A stretch of 64,000 nt of DNA from Bacteriovoracaceae bacterium (GCA_048266825.1 JBLWYP010000007.1:89983-153982); one strand, 5' to 3'; counted from the stretch's first letter, positions 1 to 9,820 are shown. Notes: generated by a model from the sequence alone, not told the origin. A program made the numbers and translations.

Positions 1-232
1 CTATGGTAAACGGGACTGGATGGCCTTATATGCAAAACCTGCTGCCGATAGTAAGTATGCTGAAGAAGGTGGAAAAGGGATTTCTGTTGCTATCATGAAT
101 GTAAATGGAAAGAAGTGGTACTATAAATCTTCCTTTGTCGCAAAACAGGTAATTAAAGCGTATATGCAAAGTTTAGAAGATAAGAATGAAGAAAAAGAAC
201 AATCAAAGAGGTTAGTCTCTAAAGGTTCCTAA
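1..232 (+). CDS. 3' end of a gene that starts upstream of the window (hypothetical protein)
   Basis: The frame of ORF 20..232 stays open back to base 2, so the gene runs off the window. Its stop TAA 230-232 overlaps the lepB ATG (TAATG). No recognisable family. Confidence 0.5.
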   Translation, partial: YGKRDWMALYAKPAADSKYAEEGGKGISVAIMNVNGKKWYYKSSFVAKQVIKAYMQSLEDKNEEKEQSKRLVSKGS

Positions 233-1062
233 TGGAAACCAAAGAAGAAAATACATTTATTGAAGATAATAAAGAGTTAAGCGATATAGAAAGCGAGCAT
301 GAAGAAGTACTGATTAAATCATCATCTCGAAGATTGAAAACAAAGAGTTATTTTAAAGAAATATTTATCATATTAAGTATATTCTTTTGTGTGATTGTCT
401 TTAGATCAATTGTCTATGAACCTTTTAAAATACCTACAGGATCAATGATCCCAACGCTTAGAATAGGAGACTTTATTCTTGTGAATAAGTTTTCATATGG
501 TGTGAAGGTACCTTTTACAGACATTACAGTATCCTCCTTTTCGTCTGATCCTATTTACCTATTTAATGAAAAGCCTGTAGAAAGGGGCGATATTATAGTT
601 TTTAAATATCCAAAAGATCCGAATATTAATTATATAAAAAGAGTGATTGGCCTTCCTGGTGACACGATTGAGATAAAAAATAAGTTTGTTTATTTGAATG
701 GAGAAAAGCTCAAAACAATCAAACTTGATTCTACCAAGTACATGGAAACAATGGATGAAAAGTTCAGAGATAATAATCTCTCCTTCTATAGAACCTATGT
801 AGATGGGAAGAGTTATGTCTATCAGGTTGATAACGATAACTATTTTGTTGTGAATGCTGAAAAGAAAACGGTACCCAAAGGGCAATATTTTGTGATGGGT
901 GATAACCGCGATTTCTCCTATGATTCTCGTTTTTGGGGGTTTGTTCCTCATCGATATATCAAAGGAAAGGCCGTGCTTATATGGATGTCTCTTAATGTTC
1001 CTCAAGATGGAACAAAAGATATTGTTTTTCGTTCAGAGCGTATAGGGACCTCAGTGGATTAG
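232..1062 (+). CDS. lepB: Signal peptidase I (S26 family)
   Basis: 276 aa with an N-terminal TM anchor. Carries the Ser box TGSMIPTL, YIKRVIGLPGD, and GDNRDFSYDSRFWGFV typical of type I signal peptidase. Confidence 0.93.
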   Translation: METKEENTFIEDNKELSDIESEHEEVLIKSSSRRLKTKSYFKEIFIILSIFFCVIVFRSIVYEPFKIPTGSMIPTLRIGDFILVNKFSYGVKVPFTDITVSSFSSDPIYLFNEKPVERGDIIVFKYPKDPNINYIKRVIGLPGDTIEIKNKFVYLNGEKLKTIKLDSTKYMETMDEKFRDNNLSFYRTYVDGKSYVYQVDNDNYFVVNAEKKTVPKGQYFVMGDNRDFSYDSRFWGFVPHRYIKGKAVLIWMSLNVPQDGTKDIVFRSERIGTSVD

Positions 1063-3396
1063 TTCAACTCTTGTTGTCCCCTGATTACCCTTGATAAAGT
1101 CGAAGTTAACATCATCTCTAAAACGCTGTAATAGTTTATATAGGGATGATTTAAGAATTCCATCACCATGACCATGAATGATATCTACAAAGGGTAGATC
1201 TCCATTAATAACGTCTAGTATATAGAGCTCTGCTTGTTGCAGAAACTGATCTCTTCGCATACCTCTAGCATCAAGAGTCATAGAGCGGTTAGTATCTTCT
1301 GATTTAGAGACAGAAACACTAATAGTGCTCTGTTGTGGTTGGGCTGAGGCAGGACTTAGTCTTATTTGATTAAGAGGTTGCCAGATTTTCAGTCCTTTAC
1401 AGTTCAGTTGAATTTTTTTGCCATTACTAGAGATGGCCAATATTTGTCCTTCTTTATTAAGTGCTTTGATGAAAACGGTCATACCAACTTCTGGCTTAAC
1501 GACAGGACCTTTGTCGTTGATAACTTTTGATTGTTCCTGTTCTTGCTCAGGATTAAGATCGCTTAATTTCTCAGCAAGTTTAGTTACTGAGCGAGCACTT
1601 CCCTTTTTAAGCTTTTCAGCTTCATCAAGTGTCTTCTTTTTTAACAGGCGCCACTTACTTTCGAACTCTTCATGAAGCTTCTGCTTTTCTATTTCAAGTA
1701 ACCCTTTAATAGATTCTCTTTCTTTTTCGAGACGTGAGAGTTCTACTTTTACGCTCTCCTGCTCTAGCCTTTTTTCAGATTCAATCTTTTCTAGTTGAGC
1801 AATTTTACCTTCAATTTGATTAAAAGCTCCGGAAGTATTAACAATATGTTGAGAGATTAATTTAGAACCAAGAACTTTTCGTTCAAGATTTTTAAATACT
1901 TCCTTGGCGTAACTTTTACCAGGTGAGCCCTGATGAAGAATATAAGTTGGTGTGCTGTTGCTGTCTTTAAAGCCCATATGTGCACTTTCTAAAAGATCAT
2001 CTTTGAAAACCCATTGCTTGAGATTTTCATGGTGGCTAGAAATGAAGACAAGCACTTCCCTTTCTTTTAACTCTTTAATGATGGCCAGAGCAAGTTCAGA
2101 AGCTTCTAGGGAGGAAGTTGAATTAAAAATTTCATCAATGAATACGGCATCCCCTTTTTTGATATTTTTAAATAACTCTAAATAGACAATAGCTTCTGAA
2201 CTAAAACTACTCAAGCCTTCTTGAAGGTCTTGGTTGTCGTGACTTAGGAAATGTATACTTTCACAATAAGGAATGATGGCGCTTTTTCCTGGAATATAGA
2301 ATCCTAAATGAGGAAGTAGAAAAGATAAGGAAAGGCTTTTTAAAAGAACTGTTTTACCACCAGTATTCGGACCACTTATCAGTAGGCCGGAGTTCTTTTT
2401 GTCGAGGTCAAAATTATTTTTTACAGCATCTGATATGAGTGGATGAAATAATTCTTTTAAGTGTATCTTCTTTGCATATTTATCAATTTCAGGCTTACTA
2501 AGACCAAGCGTATGTGCCGCTTTTAAACGACCACTTGCGAAATCAAGATCAATGAAAAAGTTGAATATATCTTTAAGTGTAGAAGCTTCGTCTGCATAAG
2601 TATCAGATATAGATTTGTATAGCTTATGAACTTCTCTTTCGAGTTGAGCTTCCAGCTCCATTTTTTGATTGGCAACCTCTCTAAGTACACTAGGTTCAAC
2701 AAAGAGGGTGTTACCGCTATTTGAACGATAGACGATTTTGCCAAGCTGTGAAGTATAGCGATCCGATCTTACAGGGAGTAAGTAGCGATCATCCACAATG
2801 TCATGACTTTGTGTTTGGAGTAATTCTTTTTTTGCCCATTCAGAGGTGATTTTTATAAGCTTTTCTCGAATAAGCCGAGAAGCTTCTTTAATCTTTTGAT
2901 CAATGGGTGCTAAAATGGGATGTCGATAGTAGATAACACTTTCAGTTTTATCATCGAAGAGTTGAGGAATGTTTCGTCTGATATATTTGAACTTAGTATC
3001 AACCTCTTGTTTCGTGAGAGTCGTATGCCCCTTAAGCGAGAAGACTTTAACTAACTTACCGTACTGATTTATACACTTATAAGTTTGATAAATTTCTTTG
3101 GGGTCAAGAATCTGATAGCGAGAAAGTGATTTAAGAACTTTTCTAAAGGGAAGATCTGCATGGATAAACATTAAATGATCTTTAATTGGAGTATCCCAAT
3201 TATCAATAGCGAGCACTTGATCTTGGTGGTAATAAAGAAGAGAAATCTCTTCTAAGGTAGATCTTTTAGGAGAGGCTTTAATAAAGTTCTTTGTTTGAGT
3301 AAAATGAAAGAAGCTCGAAAAAAGATCAAGGATAGCACTGAGATCCAAGTGATCCTTGTTCGAAAAATAATTACCTGAATTTACGGAAGTATCCAT
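1051..3396 (-). CDS. mutS2: MutS2 family ATPase/endonuclease with C-terminal Smr domain
   Basis: 781 aa. MutS-type Walker A GPNTGGKTVLLKS, FIDEIF Walker B region, long E/K coiled coil, and a C-terminal Smr-like segment (LDARGMRRDQ...IIHGHGDGILK). Confidence 0.92.
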   Translation of the reverse strand: MDTSVNSGNYFSNKDHLDLSAILDLFSSFFHFTQTKNFIKASPKRSTLEEISLLYYHQDQVLAIDNWDTPIKDHLMFIHADLPFRKVLKSLSRYQILDPKEIYQTYKCINQYGKLVKVFSLKGHTTLTKQEVDTKFKYIRRNIPQLFDDKTESVIYYRHPILAPIDQKIKEASRLIREKLIKITSEWAKKELLQTQSHDIVDDRYLLPVRSDRYTSQLGKIVYRSNSGNTLFVEPSVLREVANQKMELEAQLEREVHKLYKSISDTYADEASTLKDIFNFFIDLDFASGRLKAAHTLGLSKPEIDKYAKKIHLKELFHPLISDAVKNNFDLDKKNSGLLISGPNTGGKTVLLKSLSLSFLLPHLGFYIPGKSAIIPYCESIHFLSHDNQDLQEGLSSFSSEAIVYLELFKNIKKGDAVFIDEIFNSTSSLEASELALAIIKELKEREVLVFISSHHENLKQWVFKDDLLESAHMGFKDSNSTPTYILHQGSPGKSYAKEVFKNLERKVLGSKLISQHIVNTSGAFNQIEGKIAQLEKIESEKRLEQESVKVELSRLEKERESIKGLLEIEKQKLHEEFESKWRLLKKKTLDEAEKLKKGSARSVTKLAEKLSDLNPEQEQEQSKVINDKGPVVKPEVGMTVFIKALNKEGQILAISSNGKKIQLNCKGLKIWQPLNQIRLSPASAQPQQSTISVSVSKSEDTNRSMTLDARGMRRDQFLQQAELYILDVINGDLPFVDIIHGHGDGILKSSLYKLLQRFRDDVNFDFIKGNQGTTRVELIH

Positions 3397-4726
3397 GAAA
3401 CAATCTTTAAATAACTTAACACGGAAAGTCGAGGCATTTTCTGAGATTCTAGAAAATAAAGGTCATGCTGTTATTCAGCAAGCAACAACTTCACCTCATT
3501 TGTTATGTTTACAGTGTCGTATTCCAGGAAAAACTTATTACCTCTATCTAGGAAGAGGGGCTCAATACCAAGGTTTTGACTTTAGTTTTAAAAAATTACC
3601 AACCCAATTTAAGGTTCAAGACAAGTTTCTACAGTTCGCTCGACATTATTGGAGAGGGATGAAGATTGTAGACTTGGAGGTCTCTAGCAAAGATAGAGTA
3701 TTGAGAATGAAAGGAGCAAAAGAATCACATATTCAAGAAATGATTTTCTTTTGGAGAGGAAGAGATTTGTTCTTTGTTCATATAAAGTATCTTGGTCAAA
3801 AAATTGAAGTTTTTAGAAGTTGGGAAGGCAAGGTTATTGAAGCATGGGGGGAGGATGAGGAAATCGATTTGAATCTCTTGTTTAAAGATCTTGGGTTTGC
3901 AGAAGTGGACTTTGGAAATAAGGATAGTGAATTCAACTTTGAAGAGTATTTAAAAATTGGTGAACAGGATGGACCCGAGAAGAAATCTCAAAAATATAGT
4001 AAAAAATTAAAAACATTGAAGAAAATGAAGGGTGAGCTTCTTCTTCTTGATGGTGTTGAAAATCTAAGGCCATGGACAAGTAAAAATCTAGAAGAAGTGC
4101 AATACGTTGGTGAGGGAAGATTTAAGGTGAGCTTCAGAGGTATTGAAGGGCACTATAAGAAAAGAGAATACTTATTCGACAAAATAAAAAGCTGGGAGAA
4201 ATCAAGAAAGATAGTAAGAGATAGAATCAATAAACTAGAATTGGAAAAAATAAATAAGAACGAAGAAAGTGTAGATTGTATTTTTAAAAATCAGAAAATA
4301 ATTCAGCCGATATGGAAATATGAAAAAAAGAAAACAACCATTCAAGGTCATCAGAACTATCTTGAAATTAATTATAGGGAAATAAAATGTTATCTTGGTC
4401 GAAGAGCCCAAGAAAATGACTATATTCGTAAAGAATTTGGCAAAAAAGAGGACATCTGGATTCATTTAGAGGGAATGAAAAGTGGCCATATGATTGTAAA
4501 AAATGGATCAACTAATCTTGAGGTGGAAGATTTAAGAATTCTTGCATCTGCATTAGTAGACTTAAACGGTATAGTAATAAATGAGATTCCTATTGTTTAT
4601 ACGGCTATTAAGAATATAAAGCCCGTGAAGGGAAGCCCTGGAATGGTGATATATAAGAAAGAAAAGCATTTAAAGCTCTATTTTGACGATCAGTGGCGGC
4701 AAAAGCTGTCTATTATTGATAGTTAA
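3395..4726 (+). CDS. NFACT-family protein (short RqcH/FbpA-like, DUF814-containing)
   Basis: 443 aa. N-terminal NFACT-N-like region with a DR dipeptide at residues 100-101 (SKDRVLRM), a central K/E-rich coiled coil, and a C-terminal DUF814/NFACT-R-like block (DIWIHLEGMKSGHMIVKN...PGMVIYKKEKHLKL). Confidence 0.7.
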   Translation: MKQSLNNLTRKVEAFSEILENKGHAVIQQATTSPHLLCLQCRIPGKTYYLYLGRGAQYQGFDFSFKKLPTQFKVQDKFLQFARHYWRGMKIVDLEVSSKDRVLRMKGAKESHIQEMIFFWRGRDLFFVHIKYLGQKIEVFRSWEGKVIEAWGEDEEIDLNLLFKDLGFAEVDFGNKDSEFNFEEYLKIGEQDGPEKKSQKYSKKLKTLKKMKGELLLLDGVENLRPWTSKNLEEVQYVGEGRFKVSFRGIEGHYKKREYLFDKIKSWEKSRKIVRDRINKLELEKINKNEESVDCIFKNQKIIQPIWKYEKKKTTIQGHQNYLEINYREIKCYLGRRAQENDYIRKEFGKKEDIWIHLEGMKSGHMIVKNGSTNLEVEDLRILASALVDLNGIVINEIPIVYTAIKNIKPVKGSPGMVIYKKEKHLKLYFDDQWRQKLSIIDS

Positions 4727-4766
4727 ACGCTAGGCTGAGACAATAATTAAAGTTAAGAGGTGGACT

Positions 4767-5567
4767 ATGTTGTTTAAAATACTAACTTTATTTTTAATTA
4801 CGTCTTCTTTTGCTTGGGCAAATACGACGGTTACAGACTTTGATTTAATGTCCTACAGTCCAGTTAAAACAGGACTAAAAGATATTTACTGTGAGGTAAG
4901 GGTTGAAGGTCTTACTGAGCAAGTAAAAAAGCAATATGTAACAGTCAAGATTCGCGATGAAATATATTTTCAAGTGTATTGGATGTATCCAGGAAAAGTG
5001 GCCATCGAAGTGGAGGGTGTACCTCTTGGTTTTGAACAATTGAAGCAAAATCTAATAGGCTTAGTTATAAATAGAATCGATTATCTCGTACCACAAGACT
5101 TATCTCCGAAACTGAGAGGATATAATCTTAAAAGTAAAAAATCTGGAGGCTCTATAATCTTAGAAGGCGTAGATCCAACAAATACTAAGGCCATAAATAA
5201 GATTGAAGTTGGATTTGATAATCAAGGAATATTGAAAAAGTATAAGAGCTATAGCCCCCTAGGGTTTCAAAATTCGGTATTTGAATATGAGAAAAAATCC
5301 TGGTCAAAGAATAAATGGGTTTTAAATGAAGTTGAAGCAAAAATGATACAAGGACCACAGGTAACTGAAACGAATACTGAAATAAAGTATGAAAACGTTG
5401 CTGGTTTTGGAATGCCAGAAAAAATTGTAGTTAACACTAAACAAAGTGTTGTCGCACCAGGTAAGGAAGAGAAGAAAATAGAAAGAAAAGGTGAGAGTAT
5501 AATCACCTTTTCAAACTATAAACTCAATGTTGGCGAAGCTCAAAAATTCTTTCGTTCTAAGGAATAG
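4767..5567 (+). CDS. Secreted hypothetical protein
   Basis: 266 aa with signal peptide MLFKILTLFLITSSFAWA. RBS-like AAGAGG at 4755-4760. No recognised motif. Confidence 0.6.
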   Translation: MLFKILTLFLITSSFAWANTTVTDFDLMSYSPVKTGLKDIYCEVRVEGLTEQVKKQYVTVKIRDEIYFQVYWMYPGKVAIEVEGVPLGFEQLKQNLIGLVINRIDYLVPQDLSPKLRGYNLKSKKSGGSIILEGVDPTNTKAINKIEVGFDNQGILKKYKSYSPLGFQNSVFEYEKKSWSKNKWVLNEVEAKMIQGPQVTETNTEIKYENVAGFGMPEKIVVNTKQSVVAPGKEEKKIERKGESIITFSNYKLNVGEAQKFFRSKE

Positions 5568-5570
5568 TTA

Positions 5571-8500
5571 ATGCGTCTATGGACGATACTTCTACCACTT
5601 TTATTTGTAATTGGAGCTTGTTCTAAACAATCTCCAAGTGAAGTTGAGTCTGATTATGTCGATAGCATTAGTGAGCTAGAGCGTGGTGAAGCCTGTAGAG
5701 AGCTAAATTTAACAAAAGATCTATTAGAGCTCAATAATACAAAGAACCTATTTAAATGTACGACATGGAACGAGAAGTTTCCCGTTTTATATCAATCATT
5801 GACTAAAATTAATGTAGAGAAATGGAATAGATTAAGCCAGCCAGTAAATGAGCTCTTCTTCAATAATACGATAAATAGAGACTTGATGATTGATATCATT
5901 AAAGAGATGGATGAAAAGGAAGGCCTTGATGAATTTGCCAAGGTCATAACTTCTTTAAGTGACTCAAACTTCTTTGGTAATATTAACGATCTCTTTAAAT
6001 GTTCGAAAGAGAATAATGATTGCGATCACGATAAACAATTAACAAGAGAAGATCTTGTTCACTTTTTTTCATTTTTTAAAATGAGCTCTGAAGACCTAGA
6101 TAAAGGAAGTGATGTATTAAGTTCTTTTATCGAAATGTTAAGTAAGACAGAGATGACATTTTTTAAAGCACTCTCAAAAGACCTTGGCTCAGAAAAGTTT
6201 GTAGAATCAAGATATGAATTGGTGAATCAATTCATACTGAAGTTTGATAATGATAACTTTAAGGATGAGTTAGAGTTTTTACGAAATATATTTAAAAATA
6301 AAAACAGCGAAGGACAAAGCAAGCTTCTTGAAATTATTGTTAATAAAATGAACAAGGATGAGTATTCTTATTTGATTAACTATCCCGTCAATGTAGATAG
6401 CGATCAATGGAAAGATTTTAAAGTATTAGATCAATTACTAAAAGCCGATATTAAGTGTGAAGGTTTCTTAGGTGATCGAGCCATGACAGTCGATGTTTCG
6501 GAACATCTTAATGTTTTTATAAAAGAATTATTCGCCAAAGATCGGGATAACTTTTTTGCACAAAGCATTGAATCTCTTGGCGTATTAAAAACAGCTCAAA
6601 ACTTATGTGCAAATTTTTCAACATACAGTACGAATATTATAAATCCTTTGACCTATCAAACTGAAGAGCACAGGCTGGACTATGTTAAGGCCGTTTCAAA
6701 AACAACTAAACTATTAATGTACTCATCTTATTACGAACTATTTGATTTTTTTCAAGATGCAGTTCCTGAAAGAGTAGAGAATAAAGAATTATTTTTAATA
6801 AAGTTCTTTTCTACGAATTATCATGTTTCATTTGTCGAGTTAGTAAGCTCTCTAAATGAGCTAGATTCAAACTTAATGGGCAGTGTTTATGATTTATTAA
6901 CTGTTTTGGATGAAAAGACAATCAGCAATATTATTTATTATATGGAATGGCTCCTCGATAAAGATGATGAACAAATAAAGGCCCTCGCAAAAGTATGGTC
7001 TTCATTAAGTAAAGAAGGACAGTTTTTCTTTTTTAATTTTTTAGATAGCCATTATAAAGATGATATAGATGTAAGACTGCTCTTTAGCTTTTACAGCACA
7101 CTTCTAGGGAAGTTTTCACCTGAAATTGCCACCGTTCTAAATGACTATATTGTAAACATTGATTTATCACTGAATTCATTAGAGGAGATAACACAATGGT
7201 TAGGTGGGAGTGAGCTTGTTGAAGATTATCGAAGATTTTTTTCAAGAGATCATTTTATTGAAATGATTAAAATCGTCTCCCGAGGAAATGTTGAGATTGC
7301 AAGTGAGAGCTACTTACTAGATTTTAATCCAGATCAAAAGCAACCTTTACCAGTTAAATTAGACTTAAATGTGATAACAACAAGTGATCAAGGAAGAGTA
7401 GATTGTTTAAATTCTATGAATGAAAATAGCTCTGACTTCTACGACCTTATAACAACTATACCTGCAGCGTGTGAGAAATATGTCGATGACAATGTATTCT
7501 ACCAATTCATAAAAGAAGTGAATGTTTTAGGTAGTCATATGTATGGAAAAGACTATCGTTGGAATAGGTATTCTCTGTTTTCTACCGATATGATGAAAAG
7601 TGGAACCTTGTTGTTAAAGCATATTTCGCAAAACTATGAGTCTGCAGAGACGGAGGGGATTGTTGCGATAGTATCTTCTCTAAGTGAATATATTGAAAAT
7701 ATTGATAGACGCAATGACCTTGTAAAAACACTAGATATAATAAATCAATTTAACAGTTCTAAAGAAGTGTCATCCATTAGTGCATTTACAACTTTTTACA
7801 GTAGGAATGAGAACTTTAAGTACTTAAGTAATTTATTTGCTGGAACTACGGAACTTTTAAATCTCTCTTATGATTATCATGAAGGCTTAATGGATGAACA
7901 ATTGTCTTTAGTGGAATTCAAAGAAGATCGTAATTACAATTGTGAAAACTTTAACTCAATGAAGGTTGGGGGAAGAGCGTGTCCATCTAAAGAGGAAGTT
8001 GTCTTTATTAAGAATAGTTTAATAAGTAAAATACTTAAAAAGAATGATGAAAATAAGCCGGCTTTGGACTTGTTGCTTGAAGTTTTTCTGCCAGCGAATG
8101 GCCTAAAAATTCCATTAGATAGTAATGATCAGGTAGTGAAAAGAATATCCATCGGTGAAACGTTTTCTATGTTGTATGACTTAACAAATAAAAGTGTTGC
8201 AGCAAACAGTACAAATATAGAGTATCAAGAAATACCTCGCGCTATAGATGCCTATTTTTCTGATGAATGGGAAATCGATTCTGATATGATGGATGATGCT
8301 CCCGAAGAAACCAATGTCTCAATGAATACAATGGAAAGAATAGAAACAGTTATTCGAGATGTCAGATTCGATGAGAACTATCTTGGAGCTCATTATATGA
8401 ACTCTGTTGCAAAAGCCGAGAATTATGATGAAGTGGTTGATTCAAAATATTCTTTGCTAGGGTTCTGCGTTCCTTTAAAGTTTTGCGGAAAGTTTATGGA

Positions 8501-9695
8501 TAAGGCGCAGCATAGATTAGGCCGCAATTCAGAGCGAACGTTTCCAGGCTTAATTGATGTAAATAAAGAAGAAAACTGGAAGTATGGGGATTTCATGAGG
8601 GCCTTATTGCAAGTTGTTGTAGCCTCGAGTCCTGATGACTCTCAAGTGAGTTCAGTCATTAACAGAAGAATATTAGGCATTAATATTGCGATCCCAATCT
8701 TAAACTCCAAAAAAGACTTAATTCATCATAATGGAAAAATTCTCACTGACTTAAGTATGGTAAGCGCCTTTTCAAATGCAGCTCGGGTCTTAAGAGATCG
8801 AGTAGGGAAAAGTAATGAAGAATTTGATAAATTTAAGTCATCAAAGAGATTAACTCGATTTGATAATTATTTTTTAAAGAATGAAAGATTGGAAGAGTTT
8901 ACAGCGTTTATTAAAAATTTAATCTTGAAATCACAGAGTAATGGTCTCATCGATAGAGTTATAAGCTTCTTCTATGGCAAAGAATATACTCAACAAAGGC
9001 TAATTGAAAATATTGGTGTTAAAGTGACCTTATTATCAACATATATTAATGATAAGTCTTTGAGTGATGTAGAACATTTAAAACGCTATGAAGCCCTGCG
9101 AATTACACAACTAGAGCCAGTCGTTACTTGGATCATTGATAATTATGATGAATTATCTAAAGTGATTCCGCTAGAAGATGTATCTTTCTTAGGCGATGTT
9201 AATTACTTATTAGATCTGTTATTGTTTGAACTTGAAAACAAAAACACCCAAATAAATATATTAATCAATGAATTAAGTCTGTTTATTGTTAAAAATCAAA
9301 GAACAATAATTAAAGACTTGAATAAAATAGTTAATAATTCAAAGTTAAATGTCCTTAAAGATTCTATTGCAGCAGCTTCAAGATTATTAAAGAGCTTAGA
9401 GTCTTTTGATGAAAGAAGAGAACTTATTCTTTTTTTAGAAGACCTAAGAATAAATAAAAATGTGGACTTCAGTGCTATTCAGAAATGGTTTGCTATCAAT
9501 AACGCATCTGAAGTTTGCTATTCTTCAAAATGTGAGAAAAATATTGCACGCTACGAAATTAATAAATTACTCAATTACTTATTGGAAAACAAGAGTTCTC
9601 GACTGTTCCAGTCGGTTAATTATGTCGCCCTAAAGAAACAAAGGGATTTTGATCTCCTCTTGAAGAAAATTTTCTCAAGCATAACAATTCAATAA
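5571..9695 (+). CDS. Very large predicted lipoprotein, unknown function
   Basis: 1374-aa uninterrupted ORF starting 4 nt after the previous stop. Lipoprotein signal LLPLLFVIGAC-SK. Composition suggests a helical, D/E/K/N/L-rich protein. No motif recognised. Confidence 0.65.
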   Translation: MRLWTILLPLLFVIGACSKQSPSEVESDYVDSISELERGEACRELNLTKDLLELNNTKNLFKCTTWNEKFPVLYQSLTKINVEKWNRLSQPVNELFFNNTINRDLMIDIIKEMDEKEGLDEFAKVITSLSDSNFFGNINDLFKCSKENNDCDHDKQLTREDLVHFFSFFKMSSEDLDKGSDVLSSFIEMLSKTEMTFFKALSKDLGSEKFVESRYELVNQFILKFDNDNFKDELEFLRNIFKNKNSEGQSKLLEIIVNKMNKDEYSYLINYPVNVDSDQWKDFKVLDQLLKADIKCEGFLGDRAMTVDVSEHLNVFIKELFAKDRDNFFAQSIESLGVLKTAQNLCANFSTYSTNIINPLTYQTEEHRLDYVKAVSKTTKLLMYSSYYELFDFFQDAVPERVENKELFLIKFFSTNYHVSFVELVSSLNELDSNLMGSVYDLLTVLDEKTISNIIYYMEWLLDKDDEQIKALAKVWSSLSKEGQFFFFNFLDSHYKDDIDVRLLFSFYSTLLGKFSPEIATVLNDYIVNIDLSLNSLEEITQWLGGSELVEDYRRFFSRDHFIEMIKIVSRGNVEIASESYLLDFNPDQKQPLPVKLDLNVITTSDQGRVDCLNSMNENSSDFYDLITTIPAACEKYVDDNVFYQFIKEVNVLGSHMYGKDYRWNRYSLFSTDMMKSGTLLLKHISQNYESAETEGIVAIVSSLSEYIENIDRRNDLVKTLDIINQFNSSKEVSSISAFTTFYSRNENFKYLSNLFAGTTELLNLSYDYHEGLMDEQLSLVEFKEDRNYNCENFNSMKVGGRACPSKEEVVFIKNSLISKILKKNDENKPALDLLLEVFLPANGLKIPLDSNDQVVKRISIGETFSMLYDLTNKSVAANSTNIEYQEIPRAIDAYFSDEWEIDSDMMDDAPEETNVSMNTMERIETVIRDVRFDENYLGAHYMNSVAKAENYDEVVDSKYSLLGFCVPLKFCGKFMDKAQHRLGRNSERTFPGLIDVNKEENWKYGDFMRALLQVVVASSPDDSQVSSVINRRILGINIAIPILNSKKDLIHHNGKILTDLSMVSAFSNAARVLRDRVGKSNEEFDKFKSSKRLTRFDNYFLKNERLEEFTAFIKNLILKSQSNGLIDRVISFFYGKEYTQQRLIENIGVKVTLLSTYINDKSLSDVEHLKRYEALRITQLEPVVTWIIDNYDELSKVIPLEDVSFLGDVNYLLDLLLFELENKNTQINILINELSLFIVKNQRTIIKDLNKIVNNSKLNVLKDSIAAASRLLKSLESFDERRELILFLEDLRINKNVDFSAIQKWFAINNASEVCYSSKCEKNIARYEINKLLNYLLENKSSRLFQSVNYVALKKQRDFDLLLKKIFSSITIQ

Positions 9696-9753
9696 CAAAT
9701 TAATCTTATATTAAGTTATTCTAAAGAGAGGCTTCGATCTGAGTTGTCTTTGT

Positions 9754-9820
9754 ATAGGCTTATATACTTTTAGATGAATTTTCCACAGTGGAAAATTGAA
9801 TGAATAGGCTTATAATACTT
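9754..9820 (+). promoter_or_regulatory. Candidate operator/promoter module upstream of the MoxR-Bat operon
   Basis: Direct repeat ATAGGCTTATATACTT (9754-9769). Perfect palindrome AATTTTCCAC-a-GTGGAAAATT (9777-9797). Second repeat copy ATAGGCTTATAATACTT (9804-9820) containing TATAAT at 9811-9816, 33 nt before the moxR ATG. Confidence 0.4.

Noticed and set aside
1-232. Expectation that the gene upstream of lepB is lepA.
   Set aside because: The C-terminal 76 residues do not resemble the conserved LepA/EF4 C-terminus. Left as hypothetical.
559-1005. 148-aa antisense ORF inside lepB. Similar antisense or shadow ORFs occur at 1418..1675, 1952..2185, 2523..2744, 4235..4465, 5267..5506, 11297..11491, 12839..13266, 13882..14100, 18944..19138, 20870..21052, 21366..21789 and 27242..27442.
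   Set aside because: Each lies wholly within a well-supported, motif-bearing gene on the opposite strand. They have biased, low-complexity translations typical of AT-rich shadow frames and no RBS.
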